From Abditibacterium sp. (GTDB taxonomy: Bacteria > Armatimonadota > Abditibacteriia > Abditibacteriales > Abditibacteriaceae), in the NCBI GenBank assembly GCA_965246885.1, contig OZ251992.1, positions 2,080,001 to 2,144,000 on the forward strand: a stretch of 64,000 nt of DNA, read 5' to 3'. The stretch's first letter is position 1. Each line of letters opens with the position of its first letter. Position numbers and translations under genes: made by a program. The notes below the pieces were generated by a model. It ran no database searches and had not been told where the DNA came from. It worked only from the letters and a program-made list of their open reading frames with translations. Shown here in pieces: positions 8,794-18,210 of the stretch.

Positions 8794-9454
8794 GAACCGC
8801 CTCCTCCGCTTTGGCCGCCGTGCGTGCCGCCGCGACAATGACGCGCTCCGTGACATCAAGCGCGTGCGCTTCTATTTCAGACGCGAGGGCATTGACGCGG
8901 GCGGAAAAGTAGTTATAAGCAACGACGGCGGGAATGGCGACGCCCAAGCCAAGGGCGGTCGAAGTCAAGGCTTCCGAGATGCCGCCTGCAATCACGCTCG
9001 CGCCGGTTTGCCCGGTTTGGGCGATGTCGCGGAACGCCGCCAAGATACCCAAGACGGTGCCGAACAACCCGACGTATGGCGCAGTCGAAGCGGCAGTCGC
9101 AAGGATGGGCAGGTTGTAACTGAGGGCTTCAATTTGCGCGCCCGCTTCGCCTGCTGTGGCTTCCCGTAGACGTGCCTCGCTCGATTGAAGGTGATCTAAA
9201 CCCACTGCCACAACAGCCGCGCTGGGCGCAAACGCTGCCTTGGCAAGAGCGCTTAAACTGAGCGCGTCGCGCTCATCAAACGCGGCGCGGATGAGGGGAA
9301 ACACGCGCCGCTCGGCCAACCGCACGCGGCGAAGCATCCAGATGCGCTCGCCAATGACACTCAGCGACGCGACCGAGAAGCCGATCAACACATAGCGCGC
9401 CGCCAGCACGCCCAACCCCGCGAAACCGCCGTGAGCGGCGAGCCAGTCAGTCAT
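8780..9454 (-). CDS. exbB: MotA/TolQ/ExbB proton channel protein
   Basis: APYVGLFGTVLGI, GISEALTSTALGLGVAIPA. Confidence 0.93.
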   Translation of the reverse strand: MTDWLAAHGGFAGLGVLAARYVLIGFSVASLSVIGERIWMLRRVRLAERRVFPLIRAAFDERDALSLSALAKAAFAPSAAVVAVGLDHLQSSEARLREATAGEAGAQIEALSYNLPILATAASTAPYVGLFGTVLGILAAFRDIAQTGQTGASVIAGGISEALTSTALGLGVAIPAVVAYNYFSARVNALASEIEAHALDVTERVIVAAARTAAKAEEAVHAPE

Positions 9455-9541
9455 AATTTCTGCCCTTGGGCGGGAAAGGGACGCTTATTTGGGGGAGAAG
9501 TTCTTGTGCGCTGTTTTCTACTGTGGGTCGCTTTTTGTGCC

Positions 9542-9649
9542 CAGCGACTGAAGTCGCGGGCAACCTACAGCCAATCCTCCCTGCGGAGGCTGCGCTTTCA
9601 GTCGGCGTGGGCCGACTTCGCCGAAGGTTGCCCGCGACTTCAGTCGCTG
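9542..9649. repeat. REPIN/MITE-like element with 25-bp perfect terminal inverted repeats
   Basis: CAGCGACTGAAGTCGCGGGCAACCT (9542-9566) and its reverse complement (9625-9649); internal hairpins. Confidence 0.8.
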
Positions 9650-9740
9650 AGCACGGGGAGAGGCAGACGAGTTTTTCCTTTTCCCGCCCGAAAAGTGAGG
9701 CGCGGCGCGGCGGGGGGCGTCAGACTTTGCCCTTGCTTCT

Positions 9741-11081
9741 ATGAAAAAAGCACTTGAACCTTTGATTTTGGGTTGGCGCGTGCCGGAACTGCGCGCCAAG
9801 ATGCTGTTCGTCCTGTCGGCCATCGTCCTTTATGTGATGGTGTTGCACATCCCGATTCCGGGCGCCAACACCGACGCGATGGAGAAGCTGTTCAATTCGA
9901 GCGGCGGCGTGCTGGGCTTTATTGATATGTTCGGCGGCGGCGCGCTGAAAAAGCTGTCCATCCTCGCGCTGGGCATCATGCCCTACATCACGTCGAGCAT
10001 CGTGTTTCAGATTCTCACCATCGCCTTTCCGTACTTTAAGGAGCTACAGCAGGAGGGCGAGTATGGGCGGCGCAAGATGGCGCAGTGGACGCGCTGGGCG
10101 GCGATTGGCCTCACCTTTTTGCAAGCGACCATTGCCACGCGCGCCTTCCAGTCGGCCTCATTCGGCATCCTACCGGCTGGGGGCCAAGCGTTCATTCAGT
10201 CAGTTTTGGCGCTCACGGCGGGGACGATGTTCCTGCTTTGGCTGGGCGAGCAGATCACTGCGCGTGGCATCGGTAACGGGATTTCGTTCATCATCTTCGC
10301 GGGCATCGTGGCGCGACTTCCCGCCAGTCTGGGCGAATTGATTCAGTTGGGCGCCATCATTCAGTTGGTGCTGATGCTGGCGATTTTTATCGGCACCATT
10401 TACGTGGTGATCACTGTCGTGCAAGGCGAGCGCCGCATCCCCGTCCGTTACGCGCCGCGTCAAGCGGGGCAACGCATGGTGCAAGGGCAACGTTCGTATT
10501 TGCCCCTGAAACTGGCGGCGGCGAACGTGATTCCAGTTATCTTCGCGGTCTCCATCGTCTTGTTCCCCGGCCAGATAGCGAACTGGTATTTGCAAGCGCA
10601 CAAGGGCGGCAACGACTTTTATTACCGCTTCGCCGAGACGGTCGGGCAGTTCTCCTCGGTCGGGAAAGGCTGGTATAGCGTGCCGGTCTCGCTCGCGTAT
10701 GCGGCGCTGGTCATGGCGTTCACTTACTTCTACACGGCGGTCATCTTCGACGTGCGCGACCTGTCGGACAACCTCAAGCGCGCGGGCGGGCAAATCCAAG
10801 GCTACGCGCCGGGCCGCCCGACCGAGCAGTACATCAACAAAGTCTTAACGCGCATTACTTTCGTCGGCGGCGTGTTCTTGGCGACCATCGCCCTGCTGCA
10901 ATGGTGGATTCCGACACTCTTGCAATTGCCGAATATGCAGGGCGGTGGCGGCAGCTTGTTGGTGGGCGGCACCTCGCTCCTCATCGTCGTCGGCGTGGCG
11001 CTGGAAATTATGCAGAACCTCGACCAACAACTCAAGATGCGGCAGTACGAGGGGTTCGCGAAGGGGAAAGGGAAGTTGTAA
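9741..11081 (+). CDS. secY: Preprotein translocase subunit SecY
   Basis: SILALGIMPYITSSI, WLGEQIT..GIGNGIS, GGTSLLIVVGV. Confidence 0.98.
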   Translation: MKKALEPLILGWRVPELRAKMLFVLSAIVLYVMVLHIPIPGANTDAMEKLFNSSGGVLGFIDMFGGGALKKLSILALGIMPYITSSIVFQILTIAFPYFKELQQEGEYGRRKMAQWTRWAAIGLTFLQATIATRAFQSASFGILPAGGQAFIQSVLALTAGTMFLLWLGEQITARGIGNGISFIIFAGIVARLPASLGELIQLGAIIQLVLMLAIFIGTIYVVITVVQGERRIPVRYAPRQAGQRMVQGQRSYLPLKLAAANVIPVIFAVSIVLFPGQIANWYLQAHKGGNDFYYRFAETVGQFSSVGKGWYSVPVSLAYAALVMAFTYFYTAVIFDVRDLSDNLKRAGGQIQGYAPGRPTEQYINKVLTRITFVGGVFLATIALLQWWIPTLLQLPNMQGGGGSLLVGGTSLLIVVGVALEIMQNLDQQLKMRQYEGFAKGKGKL

Positions 11082-11093
11082 AGGGTAGAAGCA

Positions 11094-11507
11094 ATGCGCG
11101 CGCTTGTCACCTTCTCTTTTGTGCTGTTCATGGTGATAAGCGCGCTTTATCTTGTCCTTGCGTCCGTCGCCACTTGGTATTTTTGGCCGTTGGGGATTAT
11201 CCTCTTTCTGCTGTGGGGAGTGGTTGCCTTTCCTTTCGTGGGGGCGTTTTGCGTGGTGTGGATCGAGGACAAAAAGCCTCGCTTTACGCCGCTCGACCTC
11301 TACACGGAGAAGCGCCGTTACGTCTCGTGGAACTCCATTCACGGTTGGCCGCGCGGCGCGACGCTGTTCTACGAGTGCCTGAACTGCCACAAGACGCTCC
11401 CTTCTCAGCCGACCGGGGAAACGACTTGTCCGTGTGGGAACCTGTTCATTGGCCCGGAGCGCATTGGGGCGCAGAGTCCGGCGATGGTGCGATTGTTTGA
11501 GGAGTAA
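11094..11507 (+). CDS. Membrane protein with Cys4 zinc-ribbon-like domain (paralog 1)
   Basis: Hydrophobic N-terminus; GWPRG..YECLNC...CPCGNLFIGPE; matches the downstream paralog. Confidence 0.75.
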   Translation: MRALVTFSFVLFMVISALYLVLASVATWYFWPLGIILFLLWGVVAFPFVGAFCVVWIEDKKPRFTPLDLYTEKRRYVSWNSIHGWPRGATLFYECLNCHKTLPSQPTGETTCPCGNLFIGPERIGAQSPAMVRLFEE

Positions 11508-11510
11508 CCC

Positions 11511-11873
11511 ATGTTGCGTTTGGCCGTCATTGCCCTCTTTTTCGTGCCGTTCGCCATATTTGTGGGGTGGCTCATCTTCGGAGCGATAGGCGTGTGGCGC
11601 GGGGAGATGGCGGAGCGGGCGGCGCCGACGGTGTTCAACCCGAACAGGGCGTACATCAACTGGCGTCCGCGCGACGGTTGGCCGCGCGGCCCGTTCTTGA
11701 ACTACGAGTGCGTGCTGTGCGGGGCGAGCGTGCCGTCCAAAACGGGCGCGGAGATGCGCTGCGAGTGCGGCAATCTGTTCGTCGGCCCGGAGCAGATAGG
11801 GGCGCGGGAGGAGGAGAAAGTGCGGTTATTTGAGGAGCGACCCGAAAACAATCCGAACCCGCTCGCGCGGTGA
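11511..11873 (+). CDS. Membrane protein with Cys4 zinc-ribbon-like domain (paralog 2)
   Basis: One TM; GWPRG..YECVLC...CECGNLFVGPE; GAGGAG SD. Confidence 0.75.
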   Translation: MLRLAVIALFFVPFAIFVGWLIFGAIGVWRGEMAERAAPTVFNPNRAYINWRPRDGWPRGPFLNYECVLCGASVPSKTGAEMRCECGNLFVGPEQIGAREEEKVRLFEERPENNPNPLAR

Positions 11874-11902
11874 ACTGACCAGAGCGCGCTAAATTCTACG
11901 CC

Positions 11903-12541
11903 ATGCGATTGGTTTTGCTCGGCCCGCCCGGAAGCGGCAAAGGAACGCTCGCCAAGCCGTTGGCGGCGCACTTGGCCGTGCCGCACATTGCGACGGGCGA
12001 CCTATTTCGCGCCGAAATCGAAGCGGAAACGGAATTGGGTGTGTTGGCGAACGAATACATCTCGAACGGAAATTTGGTGCCCGACGAAGTGACCAACGAA
12101 CTGGCGCGTAAGCGTTTGAGCGAGGCCGACGCGAGCGGTTTCGTGTTGGATGGTTATCCGCGCACGCTCGACCAAGCGCGGGCGCTCGATGAGGCGCTTC
12201 AGGAGTTGAGCAGGCCCCTTGACGGGGCGGTTTTAATCGATGTGCCGGACGACAAAATCGTTGCGCGGGCAGTCGGACGGTTGCTTTGCCCGAACTGCGG
12301 CGCTATCTACCACTTGGTCAACAAGCCGCCTCAGGTCGCGGGCGTTTGCGACATCTGCCGGGGCATTTTGAAGACCCGCGACGACGATACGCCCTCGACC
12401 GTGCGGCACCGGCTGGCGGTTTACCATCGTATTACGCACCCCGTCTTGCGCTTCTATGAGGAGCAAGGAAAGCTGCGGACGGTGGATGGCGGGGGCACGC
12501 CGGAAGAAGTTCTGAAAAAAGTGCTTGCATTCTGGGGCTAA
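11903..12541 (+). CDS. adk: Adenylate kinase
   Basis: GPPGSGKGT, LDGYPRT, zinc lid CPNC...CDIC. Confidence 0.97.
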   Translation: MRLVLLGPPGSGKGTLAKPLAAHLAVPHIATGDLFRAEIEAETELGVLANEYISNGNLVPDEVTNELARKRLSEADASGFVLDGYPRTLDQARALDEALQELSRPLDGAVLIDVPDDKIVARAVGRLLCPNCGAIYHLVNKPPQVAGVCDICRGILKTRDDDTPSTVRHRLAVYHRITHPVLRFYEEQGKLRTVDGGGTPEEVLKKVLAFWG

Positions 12542-12553
12542 TCGTGGTATTAT
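12525..12553 (+). promoter_or_regulatory. Sigma70-type promoter for infA-rpmJ-alpha operon
   Basis: TTGCAT-17 nt-TATTAT with extended -10 TG. Confidence 0.65.
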
Positions 12554-12586
12554 TATCCCCTTGGCGCAACTCCCGATTTAAGAATT

Positions 12587-12808
12587 ATGGCGAAAGATAA
12601 AGGTGTGGAAGTCGAAGGCCGCGTTGTCGAGACGCTGCCGAACGCGATGTTTCGCGTCAAGTTGAACGAAGGGGAACACATGGTGCTGGCCCACATATCG
12701 GGCCGGATGCGGCAGAACTACATCAAAATTCTGACCGGCGACCGCGTGCTGCTCGAACTCAACGTCAACGACCTCACTCGTGGGCGGATCCTCTACCGCT
12801 ACAAGTAA
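12587..12808 (+). CDS. infA: Translation initiation factor IF-1
   Basis: [30 protein letters not shown]. Confidence 0.98.
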   Translation: MAKDKGVEVEGRVVETLPNAMFRVKLNEGEHMVLAHISGRMRQNYIKILTGDRVLLELNVNDLTRGRILYRYK

Positions 12809-12856
12809 TCTTTCGTCCGTTCTTCCAAGGAAAGAGCACGTCAAGGACTTCTGAAT

Positions 12857-12973
12857 ATGCAAGTTCGAGCATCTGTCAAACCGCGCTGCGAACACTGCCG
12901 GGTTATTCGCCGACATGGGAAAGTGTTGGTGATCTGCAGCGCCGTCAAAAAACATAAACAACGGCAGGGTTAG
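12857..12973 (+). CDS. rpmJ: 50S ribosomal protein L36 (not in the ORF track)
   Basis: Translated by hand: [38 protein letters not shown]. Confidence 0.96.
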   Translation: MQVRASVKPRCEHCRVIRRHGKVLVICSAVKKHKQRQG

Positions 12974-12977
12974 TTTT

Positions 12978-13056
12978 GAACTCGGAATGGGGAAGTCGGA
13001 ACACGGAACAACTCCGCAGTCCGTTCTTCCGCGTTCCGACTTCCGATTTCCGAATT
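12978..13056. repeat. Inverted heptamer repeat array between rpmJ and rpsM
   Basis: 4x NNNGGAA facing 4x TTCCGNN. Confidence 0.75.
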
Positions 13057-13060
13057 TATC

Positions 13061-13435
13061 ATGGCACGTATTGCTGGCATTGACTTGCCCCGCGACAAGC
13101 GCATCGAAACGGCGCTGACTTACATCTACGGCATCGGCCCCGCTTTGGCGAAAGAAATCGTCGTCAAGGCGGAGTTGACGCACAACCCGCGCACGCGCGA
13201 ACTTTCCGACGCCGAAGGCGCCAAACTGCGCGAAATCATCGAAGCGGACTACCGCATCGAAGGCGATTTGCGTCGTATCGTCAACGCGGACATCCGCCGT
13301 TTGATGGAAATTCAAGCGTATCGCGGCATCCGCCATCGGCGCGGTCTGCCCGTTCGCGGTCAGCGCACCAAAACCAACGCCCGCACTCGCAAAGGCCCGC
13401 GCAAAACAGTGGGCGTCAAGAGGGGCAAAAAGTAA
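13061..13435 (+). CDS. rpsM: 30S ribosomal protein S13
   Basis: [27 protein letters not shown]. Confidence 0.98.
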   Translation: MARIAGIDLPRDKRIETALTYIYGIGPALAKEIVVKAELTHNPRTRELSDAEGAKLREIIEADYRIEGDLRRIVNADIRRLMEIQAYRGIRHRRGLPVRGQRTKTNARTRKGPRKTVGVKRGKK

Positions 13436-13438
13436 GCT

Positions 13439-13822
13439 ATGGCTGAACCACGTTCAAATCGTCGTGCCAAGAAAGCGTCCGCTCGCGGGCAGGTTTTCAT
13501 TCAAAGCACGTTCAACAACACCATCGTGTCCGTCACCGACGGCGAAGGCAACGTCTTCTCGTGGGCGTCGGCTGGCACCGTTGGTTTCAAAGGCACCAAG
13601 AAGGGCACGCCCTATTCCGCTTCGGTCGCCGCGCAAAACGCGGCGCGTAAAGCGGCGGAAGCGGGCATGAAGCGCGTGGATATTTTCGTCAAGGGGCCGG
13701 GTTCTGGCCGCGAAACGGCGATTCGCGCCATTCAAGCGTCCGGCCTTGAAGTCGGCACCATCCGCGACGTGACGCCCGTTCCACACAACGGCTGCCGCCC
13801 GCGCAAACGGCGCCGCGTCTAA
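13439..13822 (+). CDS. rpsK: 30S ribosomal protein S11
   Basis: [20 protein letters not shown]. Confidence 0.98.
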   Translation: MAEPRSNRRAKKASARGQVFIQSTFNNTIVSVTDGEGNVFSWASAGTVGFKGTKKGTPYSASVAAQNAARKAAEAGMKRVDIFVKGPGSGRETAIRAIQASGLEVGTIRDVTPVPHNGCRPRKRRRV

Positions 13823-13968
13823 CTTTCTTTTGCCCGCAAGTCACGGCGCAAAGGTCGTGACTTTTTGGCGTTAACCCCATTTGCATCGGTCGAGCAGTTT
13901 CGCGCGGTCTAACCAAGCACGCGAAAAGTGGCCCGATGCCAATTCTCGAAGGATATTTCAAACACTCT

Positions 13969-14610
13969 ATGGCACGTTATCGTGGGCCAATTGGCAAAGT
14001 GAGTCGCCGCCTTGGTTTCGGCATCTCGGAAAAGGGAGAGCGCATTCTCGCAAAGCGTCCGTATCCCCCCGGCATGCACGGACAGGGCGGTGGCGGCGCG
14101 CGAGGCAACCCCTCCGGCCAGAAAAAGCAGTCGGACTACGCCGTCCGTCTCGCAGAAAAACAAAAAGCACGCTTTATCTATGGCGTGTTGGAAAAGCAGT
14201 TCCGCCGCATCTTCGATGAAGCTAAGCGGTTGCAAGGCGAAACCGGCGCGAACTTCTTTTCGCTCCTTGAACGTCGTCTCGACAACGTGGTGTATCGCAT
14301 GGGCCTCGCTCAGTCGCGCGCCCAAGCCCGCCAGTTGGTGTGTCATGGACACATCACCGTCAACGGGCGTAAGACCGACATCCCGTCGTTGACGGTGAAA
14401 GTCGGGATGCAAATCGCGGTGCGCCCGCAGTCGAAGAGCGCGACGTACTTCAAAGAACTCGCGGAAGGCGGCGCCAACCGGCGCGCCGTTCCGTTGTGGC
14501 TCTCGTATGATAACAGCGCGATGTCGGCGCAGGTTCTGTCCCTGCCGCGCCGCGAAGATGCCGAACCGGGCATCAACGACCTGTTCATCGTCGAGTATTA
14601 TTCGCGGTAA
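13969..14610 (+). CDS. rpsD: 30S ribosomal protein S4
   Basis: [36 protein letters not shown]. Confidence 0.98.
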   Translation: MARYRGPIGKVSRRLGFGISEKGERILAKRPYPPGMHGQGGGGARGNPSGQKKQSDYAVRLAEKQKARFIYGVLEKQFRRIFDEAKRLQGETGANFFSLLERRLDNVVYRMGLAQSRAQARQLVCHGHITVNGRKTDIPSLTVKVGMQIAVRPQSKSATYFKELAEGGANRRAVPLWLSYDNSAMSAQVLSLPRREDAEPGINDLFIVEYYSR

Positions 14611-14722
14611 TCGCGGCCCCGCCAGTGGCACGCGGCATTTTTTCGGGGCGCTTAGAGGACGCCCTGAAAACGCCGCGTGTTGGTATTGCGCGTGTTGGAT
14701 TGCCAGCACTTTTATATAACTC

Positions 14723-15700
14723 ATGCTCAATTTGACCAACGACCGCCAACTGCGCGTTCGGCCCGTTCAAGCGAACGACCGCTACGGCAAATTCGTCGTC
14801 GATCCGCTCCCCAAGGGCTACGGCCACACCCTCGGCGCGTCGCTGCGCCGCGTTTTGCTCAACTCGATTGAAGGCGTGGCGATCACCGCCGTGCAAGTGC
14901 AAGGCGTCAACCACGAGTTCTCCACCATCCCCGGCGTTGTCGAGGACATGATGGAAATCGTTCTCAACCTAAAGGAAATTTCGATTCGCTCGGTCAACGG
15001 ACGCTTGGAAGGCCCCGTCGCGGCCCGCATTGACAAAGTCGGCGAGGGCCGCGTCACAGGCGCCGACGTTCAACTGCCGCCGGGCGTGCAAATTGTGTCG
15101 CCCGACCGCCCCATCTGCACGCTGTCGCGTCCCGACGCGCGTTTCGACGCCGTTTTGACCATCGAAGGCGGCGTCGGCTACGTGCCGTCGGGCATGCAAG
15201 AGCGCGCCAAAACCATCGGCACCATCCCCGTTGACGCGCTCTACTCGCCCGTCACGCGCGTGAACTACTTCGTTGAACCGACCCGTTCGGGCCAGCAAAC
15301 CGACCTCGACAAGCTCACGCTCGAAATTCACACCAACGGCTCGCTTCCTCCGGGCGGCGCGTTGTCGGGCGCGGCGCAGATTCTGACGAACTACTTGCAA
15401 CTGTTCACCGGCCTCGAAGGGGCCATCGAAGTCGCGCCCATTGACGGCGTGGCCGCGAAGAACCCGCAAACGCGCGACATCAAAATAGACGATCTCGACT
15501 TCTCGAACCGCACCTACAACTGCCTCAAGCGCCAAGGCATCGAAACGCTTGAAGAGTTGGGCGGCTACACGGAAGAAGAACTGATGAACATCCGCAACTT
15601 CGGCCAAAAGAGTTTGGACGAAGTGAAGGACAAACTGAAGGAATACAACCTCGGCTTGCGCACTCCCGCGAGTTCGGACGCCGAGGAATACGCTATCTAA
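14723..15700 (+). CDS. rpoA: RNA polymerase alpha subunit
   Basis: GYGHTLGASLRRVLL, HEFSTIPGVVED, RTYNCLKR, NFGQKS. Confidence 0.98.
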   Translation: MLNLTNDRQLRVRPVQANDRYGKFVVDPLPKGYGHTLGASLRRVLLNSIEGVAITAVQVQGVNHEFSTIPGVVEDMMEIVLNLKEISIRSVNGRLEGPVAARIDKVGEGRVTGADVQLPPGVQIVSPDRPICTLSRPDARFDAVLTIEGGVGYVPSGMQERAKTIGTIPVDALYSPVTRVNYFVEPTRSGQQTDLDKLTLEIHTNGSLPPGGALSGAAQILTNYLQLFTGLEGAIEVAPIDGVAAKNPQTRDIKIDDLDFSNRTYNCLKRQGIETLEELGGYTEEELMNIRNFGQKSLDEVKDKLKEYNLGLRTPASSDAEEYAI

Positions 15701-15733
15701 GCCGTTGGCCGCGTGCCAACGGCGCTTAAAACA

Positions 15734-16222
15734 ATGCGACACAAAATTGGAAAGCGCAAGCTGAATAAGCCGACTGATCAGCGCATGGCGCTCTTGAAGA
15801 ATCAGGTGCAGCAACTGTTCATGCACGAGCGCTTGGTCACCACCGAAGCGCGCGCCAAAGAAGTGCGTTCGCTCGCGGAAAAGTTGATCACGCGCGCGAA
15901 AGTGGACACGTTGGCCAACCGTCAACAGGTCGAAAAATACATCCAGAAGCCGCCCTTGCCCTTCGAAAGCAAGGAGAAATTCGAGGAGCGGAAAACGCGC
16001 AACCCGTTTGCGATTCGCAAATCGTACACGGTCAAAAAGTGGCGCGACGCCCCGCACCCCGAACGCGAAATCTTGGACAAGCTGTTCACCGACATCGCGC
16101 CGCGCTACGCGAGCCGCGCCAAAGACGCTCCCGGCGGCAACGGTGGCTACCTCCGCATCGTGAAGCTGCCCGCCCGCCGGGGCGACGCCGCGCCGCAGGC
16201 GTTGCTGCTCTTGGTGGAGTAG
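15734..16222 (+). CDS. rplQ: 50S ribosomal protein L17 (with internal insertion)
   Basis: MRHKIGKRKL, TTEARAKE, GGYLRIVKL..RRGDAAP. Confidence 0.96.
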   Translation: MRHKIGKRKLNKPTDQRMALLKNQVQQLFMHERLVTTEARAKEVRSLAEKLITRAKVDTLANRQQVEKYIQKPPLPFESKEKFEERKTRNPFAIRKSYTVKKWRDAPHPEREILDKLFTDIAPRYASRAKDAPGGNGGYLRIVKLPARRGDAAPQALLLLVE

Positions 16223-16226
16223 GCAA

Positions 16227-16523
16227 ATGAAAACGCCAGAACAGTGCGCGGATATAACCGACATCCGGGCCGAGATAGACGCCATTGACCGCGAGGTCGT
16301 GGCGCTCATCGGCAAGCGTGCCGGGTATGTCGCGGCAGCGTCCAAGTTCAAAACGAGTGCGTCGAGCGTGCAAGCGCCGGAGCGCCAACGCGCGATGCTC
16401 GAAGCGCGCCGCGCGTGGGCCGCAGCGGAAGGGCTAAACCCCGATGTCATCGAGAAGATGTATCGAGATTTGGTCGCCTATTTCGTCTCGGAAGAGATGG
16501 CCAAATGGCGCGAAAATGCCTGA
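16227..16523 (+). CDS. AroQ-fold chorismate mutase / isochorismate pyruvate-lyase (PchB-like)
   Basis: MKTPEQC..ITDIRAEIDAIDR...RAGYVAAASKFK..APER. Confidence 0.88.
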   Translation: MKTPEQCADITDIRAEIDAIDREVVALIGKRAGYVAAASKFKTSASSVQAPERQRAMLEARRAWAAAEGLNPDVIEKMYRDLVAYFVSEEMAKWRENA

Positions 16524-17274
16524 CACCCGCCGCATCGCCTTTACCGTCGCTTATAACGGGGCCGCTTTTTGTGGCTCGCAGCGTCAAAGCAACGGGATGA
16601 CGGTGCAGGGCGAACTTGAACGCGCCCTCGAACGGGTGCTAAAGCAACCGCACACGGTCGCTTTGGCCGGAAGAACCGACGCGGGCGTTCACGCGACGGG
16701 GCAAGTCGGGATGTTCGAGACGGACAACCTGTCGCTACCCGCCGAGCGCGCCCCGCTCGCGCTGAACAGCGTGCTTTCGCGCGAAATCCGCGTTCGAGAG
16801 GGGCGGGCAGTGGACGAACGCTTTCACCCCCGCTTTTCGGCGCGGAGCCGCGTTTACCGCTATCGGTTCCAACTGGGCGCGACCGCTTCGCCGCTCTTGC
16901 ACCATCAGGCGGCGTGGTTGCCGTCCGAGCCGAGCGTGGTTGCCATGCGGCAGGGTGCGGAAGCGTTCATCGGGCGGCAGAATTTCGCGGCGTGGGCCTC
17001 GGCAGGTTCGCCCACGCCGACGACAGTTCGGACGGTGAAGCGGCTGGAGATAAAGAAGGCCCACGCGTTCGGGGCGGAGATTTTGGAAATCGAAATCGAG
17101 GCCGATGCGTTTCTTTATCAGATGGTGCGCAACATCGTTGGCGCCTTGGTGGAAGTGGGGTTTGGTAAATTAGATGACAACGATTTGCGACGGCTCACGC
17201 GGGGACGGGATAGGACGAAGTGTCCGCCGCCTGCGCCGCCGCAAGGTTTATGTTTAGAGGAAGTGAAATACTAA
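16516..17274 (+). CDS. truA: tRNA pseudouridine(38-40) synthase
   Basis: AGRTDAGVHATGQ, FLYQMVRNIVG, APPQGLCL. Confidence 0.97.
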   Translation: MPDTRRIAFTVAYNGAAFCGSQRQSNGMTVQGELERALERVLKQPHTVALAGRTDAGVHATGQVGMFETDNLSLPAERAPLALNSVLSREIRVREGRAVDERFHPRFSARSRVYRYRFQLGATASPLLHHQAAWLPSEPSVVAMRQGAEAFIGRQNFAAWASAGSPTPTTVRTVKRLEIKKAHAFGAEILEIEIEADAFLYQMVRNIVGALVEVGFGKLDDNDLRRLTRGRDRTKCPPPAPPQGLCLEEVKY

Positions 17275-17736
17275 ATGGCGAGCATTACTCAAAAATCCTT
17301 TCGCGCCAAACCGCTTGAAATCGAGCGGAACTGGTTCGTTATAGACGCCGCAGGCCAAACCGTTGGCCGCTTGGCGTCGCGCATCGCGCACGTTCTGCGC
17401 GGCAAGCACAAGGCCACCTTCACGCCCGGAGTAGACACCGGCGATTTCGTGATCGTGCTCAACGCCGAGAAGGTCGTTTTTACTGGCGGCAAGCTCGACT
17501 CGCAGATCTACTACCGCACGACCACGCGCCCCGGCTCGATGAGAAAGACCGACGCGCGCACACTGCTTGCGACCGACCCGCGCCAAGTCCTCGAAGAAGC
17601 CGTCTGGGGCATGATCCCCAAAGGCACCTTGGGCCGCGCGCAATACCGCAAATTGCACGTTTACGCCGGGACAAAGCACCCGCACCAAGCGCAAAACCCG
17701 CAACCCTTGGAGGTCGGCGCCATCGGCGTTGGCTAA
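17275..17736 (+). CDS. rplM: 50S ribosomal protein L13
   Basis: WFVIDA, GRLAS, LRGKHK..FTP..DTGD, HPHQAQ. Confidence 0.98.
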   Translation: MASITQKSFRAKPLEIERNWFVIDAAGQTVGRLASRIAHVLRGKHKATFTPGVDTGDFVIVLNAEKVVFTGGKLDSQIYYRTTTRPGSMRKTDARTLLATDPRQVLEEAVWGMIPKGTLGRAQYRKLHVYAGTKHPHQAQNPQPLEVGAIGVG

Positions 17737-17749
17737 AGGGCTAATCATC

Positions 17750-18136
17750 ATGGCAGACACTTTTTACGGCACCGGCAAGCGCAAGAACGCCATTGCGCGC
17801 GTGTGGATTACCCCCGGCAACGGCAACATCACTGTCAACGACAAACCCGTTGACCAATACTTCCCGCGCATCGCGTCGCAACAACTCATCCGCTCCGTTT
17901 TCGCAGCGTCGGGCGAGCAGCAGTTCGACGTGCGCGCCTTTTGCATCGGCGGCGGCACCTCCGGTCAGGCGGGCGCCGTCAAGCACGGCATCGCCAAAGC
18001 GCTCGTCCTCCAAAACGAAGAGTTGCGCGGCGCCCTGCGCGAAATCGGCGCCCTGACCCGCGACCCGCGCGTCAAAGAGCGCAAAAAATACGGTCGCAAG
18101 CGCGCCCGCAGAGGCTTCCAGTTCTCGAAGCGCTAA
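17750..18136 (+). CDS. rpsI: 30S ribosomal protein S9
   Basis: [39 protein letters not shown]. Confidence 0.98.
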   Translation: MADTFYGTGKRKNAIARVWITPGNGNITVNDKPVDQYFPRIASQQLIRSVFAASGEQQFDVRAFCIGGGTSGQAGAVKHGIAKALVLQNEELRGALREIGALTRDPRVKERKKYGRKRARRGFQFSKR

Positions 18137-18155
18137 GCTGGAACCGCACTTCTCG

Positions 18156-18188
18156 AACCCGCCCCGAACTTCGGGGCGGGTTTCGTTT
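18156..18188 (+). terminator. Rho-independent terminator after rpsI
   Basis: AACCCGCCCCGAA-c-TTCGGGGCGGGTTT. Confidence 0.8.
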
Positions 18189-18210
18189 CGCCGGGGCTTA
18201 AACTCCTTCC

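Noticed and set aside
9455..9740. Cobalamin or other riboswitch upstream of exbB
   Set aside because: No recognisable aptamer motifs; the structure is explained by a REP-like inverted repeat
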